The position numbers were made by a program, and so were the translations under genes. 64,000 nucleotides of DNA, taken from NCBI GenBank assembly GCA_963665385.1, contig OY762213.1:786913-850912 (forward strand), given 5' to 3'. Shown here piece after piece: positions 10,626-20,597 of this stretch (the first letter of the stretch is position 1; each line of letters begins with the position of its first letter). The notes below the pieces were generated by a model. That model did no database searches. It was not told the origin of the DNA and saw nothing but the letters and a program-made list of their open reading frames with translations. The stretch is from Dehalococcoidia bacterium (lineage in GTDB: Bacteria; Chloroflexota; Dehalococcoidia; UBA6926).

Positions 10626-10631
10626 TCCGCG

Positions 10632-11720
10632 CTAACTCCCGTTCTCCAGGTTAATCTTGGGGGCATTGCTCAAGACCCTGCAGCGCCCGTCCTTGAATTC
10701 CACGATGTCCTCAATACGGACACCACCCCAACCGGTGATGTAGATGCCGGGCTCGACGGTGAAAATCATGCCCTGCGTCAGGACGTCCGGCGCGCGCTGC
10801 CCAAGGCGGGGATATTCATGGATAGCAAGGCCGACACCATGGCCGAGCGAATGTCCGAACTCCGGGCCGTGCCCTGCCTTTTCGATGATGTTCCGCGCGA
10901 GGGCGTCTGCCTGATCGCCCGTCATGCCCTCTTCGATAGTAGCGATAGCCGTTTCCTGGGCGGTTAGGACAATGTCATATATGCGCCGGAACTGGTCGTC
11001 GTGGTCGCCGATGCAGATGGTGCGTGTCATGTCCGCGTGATAGCCGTCCACGCGCGCGCCGATGTCGATGACGATTGGGGCGCCGACGGCGATCGGCTCG
11101 GCGGTAGGGCGGTGGTGCGCCATCGCGCCGTTTGGGCCGGACGCGACGATCAGTTCAAAGGCGATGCTCTCAGCGCCGCGGTTGCGCATGGCCATCTCAA
11201 TGCGCCACGCGACGTCCTGCTCGGACGCGCCCGGTTCCAGCCCGTCGCGCACTTCGACAAATGCCTCGTCCGTGATTCGGATGGCTGAGATGAGGGCGTC
11301 GCGCTCGGCGTCGTCCTTGATGGCGCGAATGGTCTCGATGGTGTCGTTGATGGGGACGAGTTCCTTACCGGCCTCGCCGCAGAGATCGGCGAGCCGTTTG
11401 TGTGTGGCGACGGTGACGTGGGACTCCTCGAAGCCGACGCGCTTTGCGTCACCCATGGATGCCAGCATCTCCTTGAACCATTCGCTGCCCGGACCGGCCA
11501 TGTGGACGACCTGGTACTCCGGCGACTGATTGGCCGCCTGTTCCGTGTAGCGGGAGTCGGTGGCGAGCAAGGCGCTTTCAGGGGTGATAAAGAGGGAGCC
11601 GGCCGAGCCGCTGAATCCACTCATATAACGGCGGTTCTCGGGCTGGGAGACCCACACGGCGTCCACGCCGGCGGGCTCCATGGCCTCTCGCAACCTGGTA
11701 AGTCGGTCTGTGACGGTCAT
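10632..11720 (-). CDS. Xaa-Pro peptidase (M24B)
   Basis: TDSRY, DIGA..YHADMTRT, HSLGHGVGLAIHE, TVEPGIY, GVRIED; typical position before efp. Confidence 0.93.
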   Translation of the reverse strand: MTVTDRLTRLREAMEPAGVDAVWVSQPENRRYMSGFSGSAGSLFITPESALLATDSRYTEQAANQSPEYQVVHMAGPGSEWFKEMLASMGDAKRVGFEESHVTVATHKRLADLCGEAGKELVPINDTIETIRAIKDDAERDALISAIRITDEAFVEVRDGLEPGASEQDVAWRIEMAMRNRGAESIAFELIVASGPNGAMAHHRPTAEPIAVGAPIVIDIGARVDGYHADMTRTICIGDHDDQFRRIYDIVLTAQETAIATIEEGMTGDQADALARNIIEKAGHGPEFGHSLGHGVGLAIHEYPRLGQRAPDVLTQGMIFTVEPGIYITGWGGVRIEDIVEFKDGRCRVLSNAPKINLENGS

Positions 11721-11728
11721 TGGTCTTG

Positions 11729-12169
11729 TTAGCCCTGGCCGAGCTCATCTATGAGATAGTCTAATGCCCAGAGGTAGGCCCTCCAGCCGAAGCCCGTCAT
11801 CTGACCGCGGGCGATGGGGGCGATGACGCTGCGCCGCCGAAATTCCTCACGGGCGTGGATGTTAGAGAGATGGACTTCAACCGTGGGCGCGCCCACGTCT
11901 TGCAGGGCGTCCCGGAGACTGAGGCCGTAATGTGTGAGCGCGCCGGGGTTGATGACGATGCCGTCAATGCCATTGGGAATCTCCGACTGAAGAAAATCGA
12001 CAATAGCGCCCTCGTGGTTCGACTGGAAGCAGACGCACTCAGCGCCGCGTTCCTTGACGCGTGCAGTGAAAGTTTCCTCGATCTCGGCGAGGGTTGTCGT
12101 GCCGTAGACGGCGGGATCCCTTTGGCCAAGGCGATTCAGGTTCGGGCCGTTAATCAGCAGTATTCTCAT
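11729..12169 (-). CDS. aroQ: Type II 3-dehydroquinate dehydratase
   Basis: INGPNLNRLG.R.P.VYG, QSNHEG, INPGALTH, EVHLSNIHAREEFR. Start set at MRILL. Confidence 0.96.
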   Translation of the reverse strand: MRILLINGPNLNRLGQRDPAVYGTTTLAEIEETFTARVKERGAECVCFQSNHEGAIVDFLQSEIPNGIDGIVINPGALTHYGLSLRDALQDVGAPTVEVHLSNIHAREEFRRRSVIAPIARGQMTGFGWRAYLWALDYLIDELGQG

Positions 12170-12297
12170 GCTTTTGTCGTCTGCGTTCAGTGTCGATATG
12201 TCAGAGGAGTCTGTGTTCCGCGTTCCGGCATTGGTTGTCGGTACGCTTCCAACCCACTGTTGCCATTCTATCAGTCGGGAATGTCTTTTCGTTGAGA

Positions 12298-13320
12298 TTA
12301 CGTATCGTCGTCGCGGTTCATGCCGGGGTGGGCGCGGGCGTAGGCTTGCGCCATTTGCGCCTGCGAGACGTGGGTATAGATCTCCGTGGTGGCGACGGAG
12401 GCGTGTCCAAGCATCTCCTGCACCAGCCGCAGGTCCGCGCCGCCGTCCAGCATGTGCGTGGCAAAGGAGTGGCGGAGGGTGTGGGGATGGATGTCCTCCG
12501 GCAGATTCTCCACACGGGCCCACTTCTTGAGGGAGAGCTCGATGCCGCGCGTGGTCAGGCGTCCGCCACGACTATTCAGGAAGACCGCAGCGCGTGTCCT
12601 GATGCCTCGGGCAAGCAGCGGGCGAGCATCGTTGATATACGTCGCGAGGGCCTCTCGGCATGGTTCTCCGAAGAGTGTCTCGCGCTGTTTGGAGCGTTTG
12701 CCCCACACGCGAGCGACACGGTTGCGGAGATCAAGGCCTGCCAGGTCCAGCGAGGCGATCTCCGCCACACGCAGGCCCGCGCCATAAGCAAGTTCCAAGA
12801 CGGCATGGTCTCGCAGGGCGAGGGCGCGCTGCAAGGCCGCCTGCTTGTCCAATGTTGATGCATCAATGCTGGTTGCGAACCGGAGCGGCGCGTGAACGAG
12901 CCGCTCGGCGTCGCGTTCTGAGAGGAGGTCTGGCAGGCGGCGGCCGATCTTGGGTGAGGGCGTCTTCGTGATTACTTCGGGGTTCTCGATGACACCCTCG
13001 CGTGCCAGAAAACGCCAGAAAGAGCGGAGAGCGGAGAGGCGGCGGGCGATAGAGGAACGTGCCGAGCCGTCCATAGTGAGGTCATAGACCCATCGTTGCG
13101 CGTGGTCGCGGGTGGCGTTCGGCAGCTGCTTGACGCCCACCTCGGCCAGGAATTGCAGGAAGAGGCCGATGTCGCCCATGTAGTTGCGGAGCGTATAGCG
13201 GGATGCGCCGCGTTCGTATTCAAGGAACTCGGCGAAATCCTTGAGCCGGGCCGCCCAGTCCTGTGGGATTGGAGCGGCGTCCGTCGGCTCGCCTATGGTC
13301 TGCGCGCGTGCTTGTGCCAT
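12298..13320 (-). CDS. xerC: Tyrosine recombinase XerC/XerD family
   Basis: [33 protein letters not shown]; dprA-topA-xer synteny. Confidence 0.88.
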   Translation of the reverse strand: MAQARAQTIGEPTDAAPIPQDWAARLKDFAEFLEYERGASRYTLRNYMGDIGLFLQFLAEVGVKQLPNATRDHAQRWVYDLTMDGSARSSIARRLSALRSFWRFLAREGVIENPEVITKTPSPKIGRRLPDLLSERDAERLVHAPLRFATSIDASTLDKQAALQRALALRDHAVLELAYGAGLRVAEIASLDLAGLDLRNRVARVWGKRSKQRETLFGEPCREALATYINDARPLLARGIRTRAAVFLNSRGGRLTTRGIELSLKKWARVENLPEDIHPHTLRHSFATHMLDGGADLRLVQEMLGHASVATTEIYTHVSQAQMAQAYARAHPGMNRDDDT

Positions 13321-13415
13321 GCACACATTTTAGACCAGGTTTGAAAATAGGGTGAGGGCAAGGAGGATCACCCCCTCCCTCGCCCCCCCCTCAAGGGGAG
13401 GGGATTCAGCGCCGA

Positions 13416-15731
13416 TTAGACTTCGACGAGTTGAGGTTCCGGTTGCGGCTGTTCGGTGGTGAGTTCCTCGCGGGAGCCCTGCCAGCCACATTCCTTGTCA
13501 TTGCACGTGGCATCGGTTCGACTCGAAGCAACAACAAGACCACTGCAATCAGGGCAGGGTTGAGGCAACGGCTCCTGGTTGGTCAGGAAGTTGCAGTTGG
13601 GGTAGTTGGAGCAGCCGTAGAAGGGCCGGCGGGACTTGCGGGACGATCGCTGTACGAGTTCGCCGCCGCAGTCCGGGCAATGTGCCCCTGTGCCCTTCTG
13701 AATGCGCTTCATGCCGCGACACTCAGGGAATCGCGAGCACGAAAGGAACGGGCCGTAGCGGCCGCGTTTGATGACCATATTCGCGCCGCAGTCCGGGCAA
13801 ATCTCGTCCGTTTCCTCGTCGATGTTGCTGACGCGCTCGATGTTCGCCTGCGCCGTGTCGATCTTCTCATTGAAGGGGCCGTAGAAGTCTCTCAGCACGG
13901 GCACCCACTCACGCTCGCCCCGCGCAACATCGTCAAGCTCCTCTTCAATGCGGGACGTGAAATCGAAGCTGACAATCTCGGGGAAATGCTGTGAGAGGAG
14001 ACCGGACACCGCGGTGCCGAGCTTGAGGGGACGGAAGCGGTTGTCCGCCTTGTCCACGTAGCCGCGATCCTGGATGGTGCTGAGGATGGCGGCGTAGGTG
14101 CTTGGGCGTCCGATGCCGCGCTCCTCCAGCGCCCTGATCAGGGTGGCCTCAGTGAAGCGGGGCGGGGGCTGCGTGAAGCGCTGTGTTCCCGCGACATTAC
14201 GCAGGTCGAGCGGCTGTCCTTCCCGCATATCCGGGAGCACTCGCCCCTCGTCGGATTCCGCGTCCGGCTCATCAAGGCCCTCGCGATAGACGGCCAGGTA
14301 GCCGGAGAACGTCATGATGGATCCGCTGACGCGGAGGGTATGGCTGACGCCGGAGGGCGCGCCGGAAGCTGTAATGTCTACCGTCGTCTGGTCGAACTTT
14401 GCGTCGGCCATCTGTGATGCCAACGCCCGCTGCCAGATGAGCTGGTACAGGTTGAATTGCTCGCGGTTCAAAGAGTTTCGCAGAGAATCCGGGTCGCGCA
14501 TGAAGGACGTCGGGCGGATCGCCTCATGGGCTTCTTGCGCTCCCTTGACGCGGCGCGAGAATGACCGGGGTGAGGCAGGGACGTGATCCTTGCTATAGCG
14601 GTTGCCGATGACGGCTCTCGCCTCTTGCACGGCCTCGCTCGCCATGTTGGTTGAATCCGTCCGCATGTAGGTGATTAGGCCAATGGGGCCCTCATTGCCG
14701 ATGGACAGTCCTTCATAGAGCTGCTGTGCAACGGTCATGGTCCGGCGGGCGGTGAACCGCAGCTTGCGGAACGCCTCCTGCTGGAGTGTGGACGTGATGA
14801 ACGGCGGGCCGGGACGGCGCGTGGTCTCGCGGCGGCGGACGGACGCGATCTGGTAGGAGCTCGCGCGCAGGTCGTCGAGAATCCTGTCGGCGTTCTCCTG
14901 ATTTGGGATAACGACGGCGCGGCTTCCGCCCAGCTCTGACCTATAACGCGCAGCGACATCTTCCGGCGTGGCTGCTTGTGTTGCGAGGTCTGCGTCGATT
15001 TCCCAATACTCCTGGGGCACGAATGCGTCGATCTCGGCTTCGCGTTCAACGACGAGGCGGAGCGCGGCAGATTGCACGCGACCGGCGGACAGGCCCTTGC
15101 GGACCTTGCTCCAGAGAACGGGGCTAAGGCGGTATCCGACGAGGCGGTCAAGGACGCGGCGCGCCTGATAGGCGTTTACAAGATCAACATCGATGCCGCC
15201 GACTCTGTTCGAGGCCTTGTCATTGGCCATGCCGTCGGATTCTTCAAAGGCGCGGCGGACGGCGTTCTCCGTCACCTCATGGAAGACGACACGGCGGATC
15301 CGCTCCTGTGGAATGGCGGCTGCATGCATCAGATGCCATGCGATGGCCTCGCCCTCACGGTCAGGGTCTGTTGCGAGGTAAACGGTGCCCGCGGCGCTCG
15401 CTGCGGCTTTGATTTCCTTGACGACGGCAGACTTGTCACGTGGCACCACGTAGTCGGGCGCGAAATCCGCATCCACGTCGATGGCCAACTTGCTCTTGGG
15501 CAGGTCGCGGACGTGGCCAACGGAGGCGAGGACGTTGTAGCCGTTACCCAGGATGCGGGAAAGCGTGCGAGCCTTGGCGGGCGACTCGACGATGACGACA
15601 TCGCCGCCGGGGACAATATTGCTGCGGGTCGCCGCGCTCGACCGACGGGCAGTCGATGAGCGGCCCTTGGCTGATGCAGGCGTCTTCTTTGTCTTACGTG
15701 TGGTTGTCGACTTCTTTCGACCGGTTGTCAT
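13416..15731 (-). CDS. topA: DNA topoisomerase I (type IA)
   Basis: IVESPAK, ATDPDREGE, SAGRVQS, ITYMRTDS, AQEAHEAIRPT, C-terminal C4 zinc ribbons. Confidence 0.97.
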   Translation of the reverse strand: MTTGRKKSTTTRKTKKTPASAKGRSSTARRSSAATRSNIVPGGDVVIVESPAKARTLSRILGNGYNVLASVGHVRDLPKSKLAIDVDADFAPDYVVPRDKSAVVKEIKAAASAAGTVYLATDPDREGEAIAWHLMHAAAIPQERIRRVVFHEVTENAVRRAFEESDGMANDKASNRVGGIDVDLVNAYQARRVLDRLVGYRLSPVLWSKVRKGLSAGRVQSAALRLVVEREAEIDAFVPQEYWEIDADLATQAATPEDVAARYRSELGGSRAVVIPNQENADRILDDLRASSYQIASVRRRETTRRPGPPFITSTLQQEAFRKLRFTARRTMTVAQQLYEGLSIGNEGPIGLITYMRTDSTNMASEAVQEARAVIGNRYSKDHVPASPRSFSRRVKGAQEAHEAIRPTSFMRDPDSLRNSLNREQFNLYQLIWQRALASQMADAKFDQTTVDITASGAPSGVSHTLRVSGSIMTFSGYLAVYREGLDEPDAESDEGRVLPDMREGQPLDLRNVAGTQRFTQPPPRFTEATLIRALEERGIGRPSTYAAILSTIQDRGYVDKADNRFRPLKLGTAVSGLLSQHFPEIVSFDFTSRIEEELDDVARGEREWVPVLRDFYGPFNEKIDTAQANIERVSNIDEETDEICPDCGANMVIKRGRYGPFLSCSRFPECRGMKRIQKGTGAHCPDCGGELVQRSSRKSRRPFYGCSNYPNCNFLTNQEPLPQPCPDCSGLVVASSRTDATCNDKECGWQGSREELTTEQPQPEPQLVEV

Positions 15732-15746
15732 TCGATTCTTGCCTCT

Positions 15747-16925
15747 TTAGGTGAGCTGATTTTCAGCGCTTCTGGTCTCGGTCTGTTCCCCGCCGTCGCT
15801 GTTTCCTCTTTTTGATTCGTAAATCGCATGGGCCTCTCGTGTCAAGACGTAGTGCATACCGCCTACCTGTCTTACGAGATCGTTCAGTTCCAACATAGTA
15901 AGGGTACTGGACACTTCAGGCATCGACATTCCGGAGGCGCGATAGATCTCATCGATGTGCACGGGAGACCGGCTGAGAACCTTGAGGACGGCGGCCTGCT
16001 CTTCGTCAACAGGTTCTGTCGTGGACGGGAGATTTAGCTGCCGATCTTCCTGTGACAGGTTCAGTTCCTGCAGGATGTCCTCGGCGGTCAGCACAAGCTT
16101 GGCCTCGCCGTTCTGAATGAGCAGGTTGGGGCCGCGGCTCCGCTCGCTGAGGGCGCTTCCGGGGACCGCAAAGACCTCCCGGTTCTGTTCAAGTGCCTGG
16201 CGCGCCGTGATCAGCGCGCCGCTCTTCTCACTTCCCTCAATCACGAGGCAGCCGACACTGATTCCGCTCATGATGCGGTTGCGGCGCGGGAAGTTCTCTT
16301 TCATCGGGGGCGTGCCGATTGGGTAGTCGCTGATGAGGGCGCCGTGTTCTACAATCTCTGCCGCCATCTTGCGATTCTGCGCGGGATAGATGATATCCAC
16401 GCCACTGCCGAGTACTGCGATTGTCCTGCCCCGATTCTGCAAGGTGGCATAGTGAGCGGTTGAGTCTATGCCGGCTGCGAGCCCGCTGGATATCGTGAGT
16501 CCTGCATGTACCAGGTCTCTGACGAATTCACGAGTGACCTCGCGGCCATATGGCGTGGCCTTGCGGGTTCCGACGACAGCCAGCGAAAGATCGTCCTCCG
16601 GCTCGAATTCTCCCTTGACGTACAAGACAGGGGGCATGTCATAGATCTGCCGTAGGCGGGCAGGGTATTGCTCATCGTGCCAGGTGTAGGCGCTGACCCG
16701 GTGACGGTGCAGCCTCTCAAGCTCATCCTCGGGTTCGATGTCGACACGCGTCCTGAGGATTTCGTCTACCGTTCGCCCGTCAAGACGGGTGGCGCGGAGT
16801 TCCGACTCTGATGCGTGCCAAGCGTCTTTCAGAGTAGGGAAATGCGACTCGAGATGTCCGAATCTGACCCGACCGAGCCTGCTGACGCGCTGAAACGCAA
16901 TCCAATACTGGAGATCGTCATTCAC
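15747..16925 (-). CDS. dprA: DNA-processing protein DprA
   Basis: AVVGTR, SGLAAGID, FPRRNRIMSG, SGALITA, REVFAVPG, C-terminal winged helix. Confidence 0.95.
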   Translation of the reverse strand: MNDDLQYWIAFQRVSRLGRVRFGHLESHFPTLKDAWHASESELRATRLDGRTVDEILRTRVDIEPEDELERLHRHRVSAYTWHDEQYPARLRQIYDMPPVLYVKGEFEPEDDLSLAVVGTRKATPYGREVTREFVRDLVHAGLTISSGLAAGIDSTAHYATLQNRGRTIAVLGSGVDIIYPAQNRKMAAEIVEHGALISDYPIGTPPMKENFPRRNRIMSGISVGCLVIEGSEKSGALITARQALEQNREVFAVPGSALSERSRGPNLLIQNGEAKLVLTAEDILQELNLSQEDRQLNLPSTTEPVDEEQAAVLKVLSRSPVHIDEIYRASGMSMPEVSSTLTMLELNDLVRQVGGMHYVLTREAHAIYESKRGNSDGGEQTETRSAENQLT

Positions 16926-16987
16926 GATTCAAAGCTATCGATTTCGGGGTGAGGGGTCAAGGATTTTTGGAGTTCGCGATCGTAGTC

Positions 16988-17163
16988 GATGGGCCTTTGG
17001 GGTTCGCGGTGCGCGTTCCATCTTGGGCGATGGAGGGGGGGAGCTGTGTTGATGGGCCTATGGGGTTCGCGATGCGCGTCCCATCCTGGGCGGTGGAGAG
17101 GAGAGCTGTGTTGATGGGCCTTGCGGCTTGGGGTGCGCGTTCCGGCGCGAGTGGCTGATGGGC
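16988..17163. repeat. Degenerate tandem repeat (about 62 bp, 2 full plus 1 shorter unit)
   Basis: Units begin GATGGGC at 16988, 17051, 17113 and 17157, sharing GGGGTTCGCG.TGCGCGT.CCATC and GAGCTGTGTT. Confidence 0.8.
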
Positions 17164-17175
17164 AATGAGAAAAAA

Positions 17176-17267
17176 TGGCGGAGAGAGCGGGATTCGAACC
17201 CGCGAGGGCCCGGTAAGACCCTACACGCTTTCCAGGCGTGCCTGTTCGGCCACTCCAGCACCTCTCC
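17176..17267 (-). tRNA. tRNA-Ser(GGA)
   Basis: GGAGAGG acceptor, anticodon arm CACGC-CTGGAAA-GCGTG, long variable arm, GGTTCGAATCC, encoded CCA. Confidence 0.96.
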
Positions 17268-17278
17268 GTCTTGTGTAA

Positions 17279-17368
<90 letters not shown>

Positions 17369-17495
17369 GTGGGGGCCTCTCCGATGGTCATTATACGCGT
17401 GGCAGGTGGAGGTTGTGTTGGATATTTGGGCTGGGAGGTCATGTGCACACAGGGCGATAATTCAGACGGAAGGGGCTTTTTGAGGACGGTTCTTC

Positions 17496-17525
17496 TTGAC
17501 AGTTCCCTACCTGCGCCAATATGAT
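17496..17525 (+). promoter_or_regulatory. Sigma70-type promoter
   Basis: TTGACA-18 nt-TATGAT upstream of the collagen-like lipoprotein gene. Confidence 0.6.
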
Positions 17526-17606
17526 TAAGTGTCTTTAAACCGTTTGACGCGCGTATTTCGGCCAATCTACACAGCGTCAGACGGGGTTAGCAGGAGGGAG
17601 CAGCGC

Positions 17607-18203
17607 GTGTTTAAAGGGAAAGCATTTTGGATGCCCCTTGTTCTGATTACTGCCTTTATTCTTGTCTTGGCGGCATGTACGGGTCCGGGAGGAGAGCAGG
17701 GTGAGCGAGGCCCCGCGGGCCCCGCAGGAGCGCCCGGCTCGGACGGAGTTGACGGTCAGCAGGGGCCGCCCGGCCAGCCAGGAGAGGCAGGAGCACCCGG
17801 AGAAGCAGGAGCGCCCGGCGCGCCCGGACCGGGAGCCATCAATCCGGAAGCCAATATCAATACGCTCGATCCGAACGTCATTCTCGTTCCGGGAACGACC
17901 CGAGTGACATTCAGGCTGTCCGGCTTCCCACGACGGGATGACGTGACGCTCTACATTCGTGAGGCGCTTGGCGCGGCAACTGATTATGAAATGGGGACCG
18001 CGCAGGTGAATTCATCCGGCGCTCTTGAGATGGTGGTTGGCACCGATCTGTTGCCCGCAATACCTGAGGCTCTGCCACCCGGCGTGTGGACGGTTATCGC
18101 AGTGGGTAGTCGCACTCCGGAGGGAGCGTCCGGACCGGCAGCTGCGAGCACAGCAATCCGCGTCTACGGCCCGGGTGAGGCTCCGACGTTGGGCGGCAAG
18201 TAG
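17607..18203 (+). CDS. Collagen-like (Gly-X-Y) lipoprotein
   Basis: AGGAGG RBS then GTG; hydrophobic signal peptide with lipobox LAAC; uninterrupted G-X-Y run; beta-rich C-terminal domain. Confidence 0.85.
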   Translation: MFKGKAFWMPLVLITAFILVLAACTGPGGEQGERGPAGPAGAPGSDGVDGQQGPPGQPGEAGAPGEAGAPGAPGPGAINPEANINTLDPNVILVPGTTRVTFRLSGFPRRDDVTLYIREALGAATDYEMGTAQVNSSGALEMVVGTDLLPAIPEALPPGVWTVIAVGSRTPEGASGPAAASTAIRVYGPGEAPTLGGK

Positions 18204-18234
18204 CCGACACCTGACAACTCTTTAGTCACGATTG

Positions 18235-18269
18235 ACGGGGGCGCCCAGGGGCGCCCTCGTATTCGTTTT
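18235..18269 (+). terminator. Intrinsic terminator-like hairpin
   Basis: ACGGGGGCGCC / GGCGCCCTCGT stem followed by ATTCGTTTT. Confidence 0.55.
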
Positions 18270-18284
18270 GGTTAGGGTCTATAC

Positions 18285-18470
18285 GCCCCCACCATGAGCC
18301 TTCCCCGCCTAACGGAAAGGGATTCTTGAATCGCGTTACAGGGTTGAGCAGCGCAATGGTGATTTCAGATTCTTCGCTGTGCTCAGAACGACAAGGGAAG
18401 CGCCCAGAATGACAGGGGGGTTGGGGCGGGGATGATAGGGAAGGCCCTTCGACTGGCTCACGGTGAGCGG
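18285..18470. repeat. Cluster of REP-like palindromes between convergent genes
   Basis: CCTTCCCC..GGAAAGGG unit, GATTCTTCGCTGTGCTCAGAACGACA (18368-18393), CTTCGACTGGCTCACGGTGAGCGG (18447-18470). Confidence 0.6.
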
Positions 18471-18483
18471 TCGTGGCGCGAGA

Positions 18484-19794
18484 TTATGCAGAGGCGGCGG
18501 TGGGGGTGTGGTCTTCAGTGTCGATGCCGGTGGGCGACTCGCCGTGAAGGAGTCGCACCTGGCGGACACGGCGGCCCGTGGTGGACAGGATGGTCATGGT
18601 CAAGCCGTTGTCGCTGACGGTCTCGCCCGGATGCGGGATGCGCCCGAGCGCGTAAAGGATGAGCCCGCCAACGGTGTCAACGCCCTCTGCGTGGAGTTCC
18701 ACGTTGAACATTTCGTTGATGTACTTGAGGGGGGCGCGGGCGTCGACGATGGCCTCCTGCTCGTTCACCCGGCGAACCAGCGGTTGGCTCGCGGTGAACT
18801 CGTCATCGATGTCTCCAACTATCTCTTCCAGCAAGTCTTCGTTTGTGACAAGGCCGACGAGGCTACCGTATTCGTCGACAACCAAGGCGATATGAACGCG
18901 GCGTGCCTGGAACTCGCGCAAGAGGTCGCCAACGCGCTTGGTTTCCGGAACGTGCAGCGGGGGACGGATGATGGACTCAAGAGTTGAATCTCCGTCCTTG
19001 TTCTGGAACGCGGCGAGTAGATCCTTGGCGTAGACAATGCCGATAGTGTCGTCGAGGCTGCCCCGGTAGAGTGGCAGGCGACTGTACCCCTCCTGCATGA
19101 CGATCTGGACTGCGTCTTCGAGTGACGAGCCGGCCTCAATGCCAACAACATCCGGTCGCGGAACCATGACCTCGCGGACGGCAAGCGACTCCAACCGGAC
19201 GAGGCCGCGCATGACGTTCCGCTCCCACTCCTCATCCAGATTGACGGCAGCGTCTGTGCCATTTGGATGATCGCTGTTGCCATTGCGTTGGTCGGAGCGT
19301 TCCACAGGCGCGTTATCTGATCGTTTCTGTCCCAGTGCGCGGGCCAGTGGACGGAAGAGGGCGCGGAGAGCTGAGGCCGGTATGGAAAGAACGGCGTTGA
19401 CGAATGCTGCCGGCGGCGCGGATACGACGGCGAGACGATCGGCGTCATGGCCGCCCCAGACTCGCCCGGCGGCCTGCGCCAGTATGACCCCCCCGATGGT
19501 GAGCACGATCCCGAGCAGAACTTCCAGAGAGGGCCAGGGGGTATACGTTGACACGAGGCCAAAGCTGATGATGGCAAATAGAACCGTCGCTGTGGAACGG
19601 ATCATGAGGGCGGCCATCGCCAGGGAATCGTGGGATTCCTGCAGTCGGGCGAGGCGGCGCGCGCCCGGTCGTCGACGTTGAACCAGCCGCTCCAGCCGCT
19701 CTCCCCGTGTTTGGAAGAAGGCGTCCTCAAGCGCCACAACCAGTGTCAACAGGATTAACGCCAGCGGGTACGCCGGCAGTAGAAGGGCGGACAT
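18484..19794 (-). CDS. Hemolysin/CNNM-family protein (TM, CBS pair, CorC_HlyC)
   Basis: N-terminal TM helices, VREVMVPR, YSRLPLY, VVDEYG..GLVT.EDLLEEIVGDIDDE, DTVGG. Confidence 0.92.
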   Translation of the reverse strand: MSALLLPAYPLALILLTLVVALEDAFFQTRGERLERLVQRRRPGARRLARLQESHDSLAMAALMIRSTATVLFAIISFGLVSTYTPWPSLEVLLGIVLTIGGVILAQAAGRVWGGHDADRLAVVSAPPAAFVNAVLSIPASALRALFRPLARALGQKRSDNAPVERSDQRNGNSDHPNGTDAAVNLDEEWERNVMRGLVRLESLAVREVMVPRPDVVGIEAGSSLEDAVQIVMQEGYSRLPLYRGSLDDTIGIVYAKDLLAAFQNKDGDSTLESIIRPPLHVPETKRVGDLLREFQARRVHIALVVDEYGSLVGLVTNEDLLEEIVGDIDDEFTASQPLVRRVNEQEAIVDARAPLKYINEMFNVELHAEGVDTVGGLILYALGRIPHPGETVSDNGLTMTILSTTGRRVRQVRLLHGESPTGIDTEDHTPTAASA

Positions 19795-19924
19795 TGGTGT
19801 CTATGCCCCGGCGACGTTAGTCATGCGTCGGCCCGGCGCAATTTGTGTGTGCCCCGTACTTGGGGGCTCTAAATCGGTTGCCATATCTGAACGACGCCAT
19901 GCTATGGGGCGAAGGGATATTCTG

Positions 19925-20515
19925 TCAAGATGCTTCCGCAACTTTCTCAACGTTGCGAAACGTGCGGCGGTGAATAGAGGTGGGGCCGATCTGCCGCAAG
20001 GCAGCCAGATGTTTGGGCGTCCCGTACCCCTTGTTGCCGGCCAGTCCGTAGCCGGGGTGTTGGTTGTCCAGCAGGCGCATGACCTCGTCGCGGGCGACCT
20101 TCGCAATGATGGATGCCGCCGAGACCGAGATGGAGACCTGGTCGCCCCGCGTGAGCGCCAACTGCGGAATATCGGCAGGGAGGGGCAGCGCAAAGCCGTC
20201 AACGAGGATGCCGTCCACGCGGCTGCCGAGCACGTTGAGGGCGGCGAGCATAGCTTCACGGGTTGCGACGGCGATGCCGGTGGAATCGATGCGGCTTGCG
20301 GGCGTCATGGCGAGGCCGACGGCGGCGTCCTGCAGGATGAGCTTTGCCAGGCGTTCTCTCTCGGGAGCGCTGAGTTTCTTGGAATCGTCAACATCATCGA
20401 ACCACGCCAACGGTTGGGCGGGCAGGATGACGGCGGCTGCGGCGACCGGGCCTGCGAGAGCGCCGCGTCCCGCTTCGTCTATGCCGGCGATTGTGCGGGC
20501 GCCCATTAAGAGCAA
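19925..20515 (-). CDS. rnhB: Ribonuclease HII (true start probably further upstream)
   Basis: GIDEAGRG, DSKKL, LVDG, AASIIAKVARD, NKGYGT, HRRTF. Confidence 0.95.
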   Translation of the reverse strand: MLLMGARTIAGIDEAGRGALAGPVAAAAVILPAQPLAWFDDVDDSKKLSAPERERLAKLILQDAAVGLAMTPASRIDSTGIAVATREAMLAALNVLGSRVDGILVDGFALPLPADIPQLALTRGDQVSISVSAASIIAKVARDEVMRLLDNQHPGYGLAGNKGYGTPKHLAALRQIGPTSIHRRTFRNVEKVAEAS

Positions 20516-20597
20516 CTCACGCTCGTAGGAGAGGCCGGGGCGAGTGACGGGAGGGACGATGGGGCGGCGTGACCGAGAGGCGATGCCGTCCGGAGGA

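Noticed and set aside
12298-13320. Tyrosine recombinase as a prophage or island integrase
   Set aside because: It sits in the conserved dprA-topA-xer context, with no att duplication or cargo genes.
16988-17163. Tandem repeat after tRNA-Ser as a CRISPR array
   Set aside because: The whole unit is similar between copies, there are only about three degenerate units, and no cas genes are nearby.
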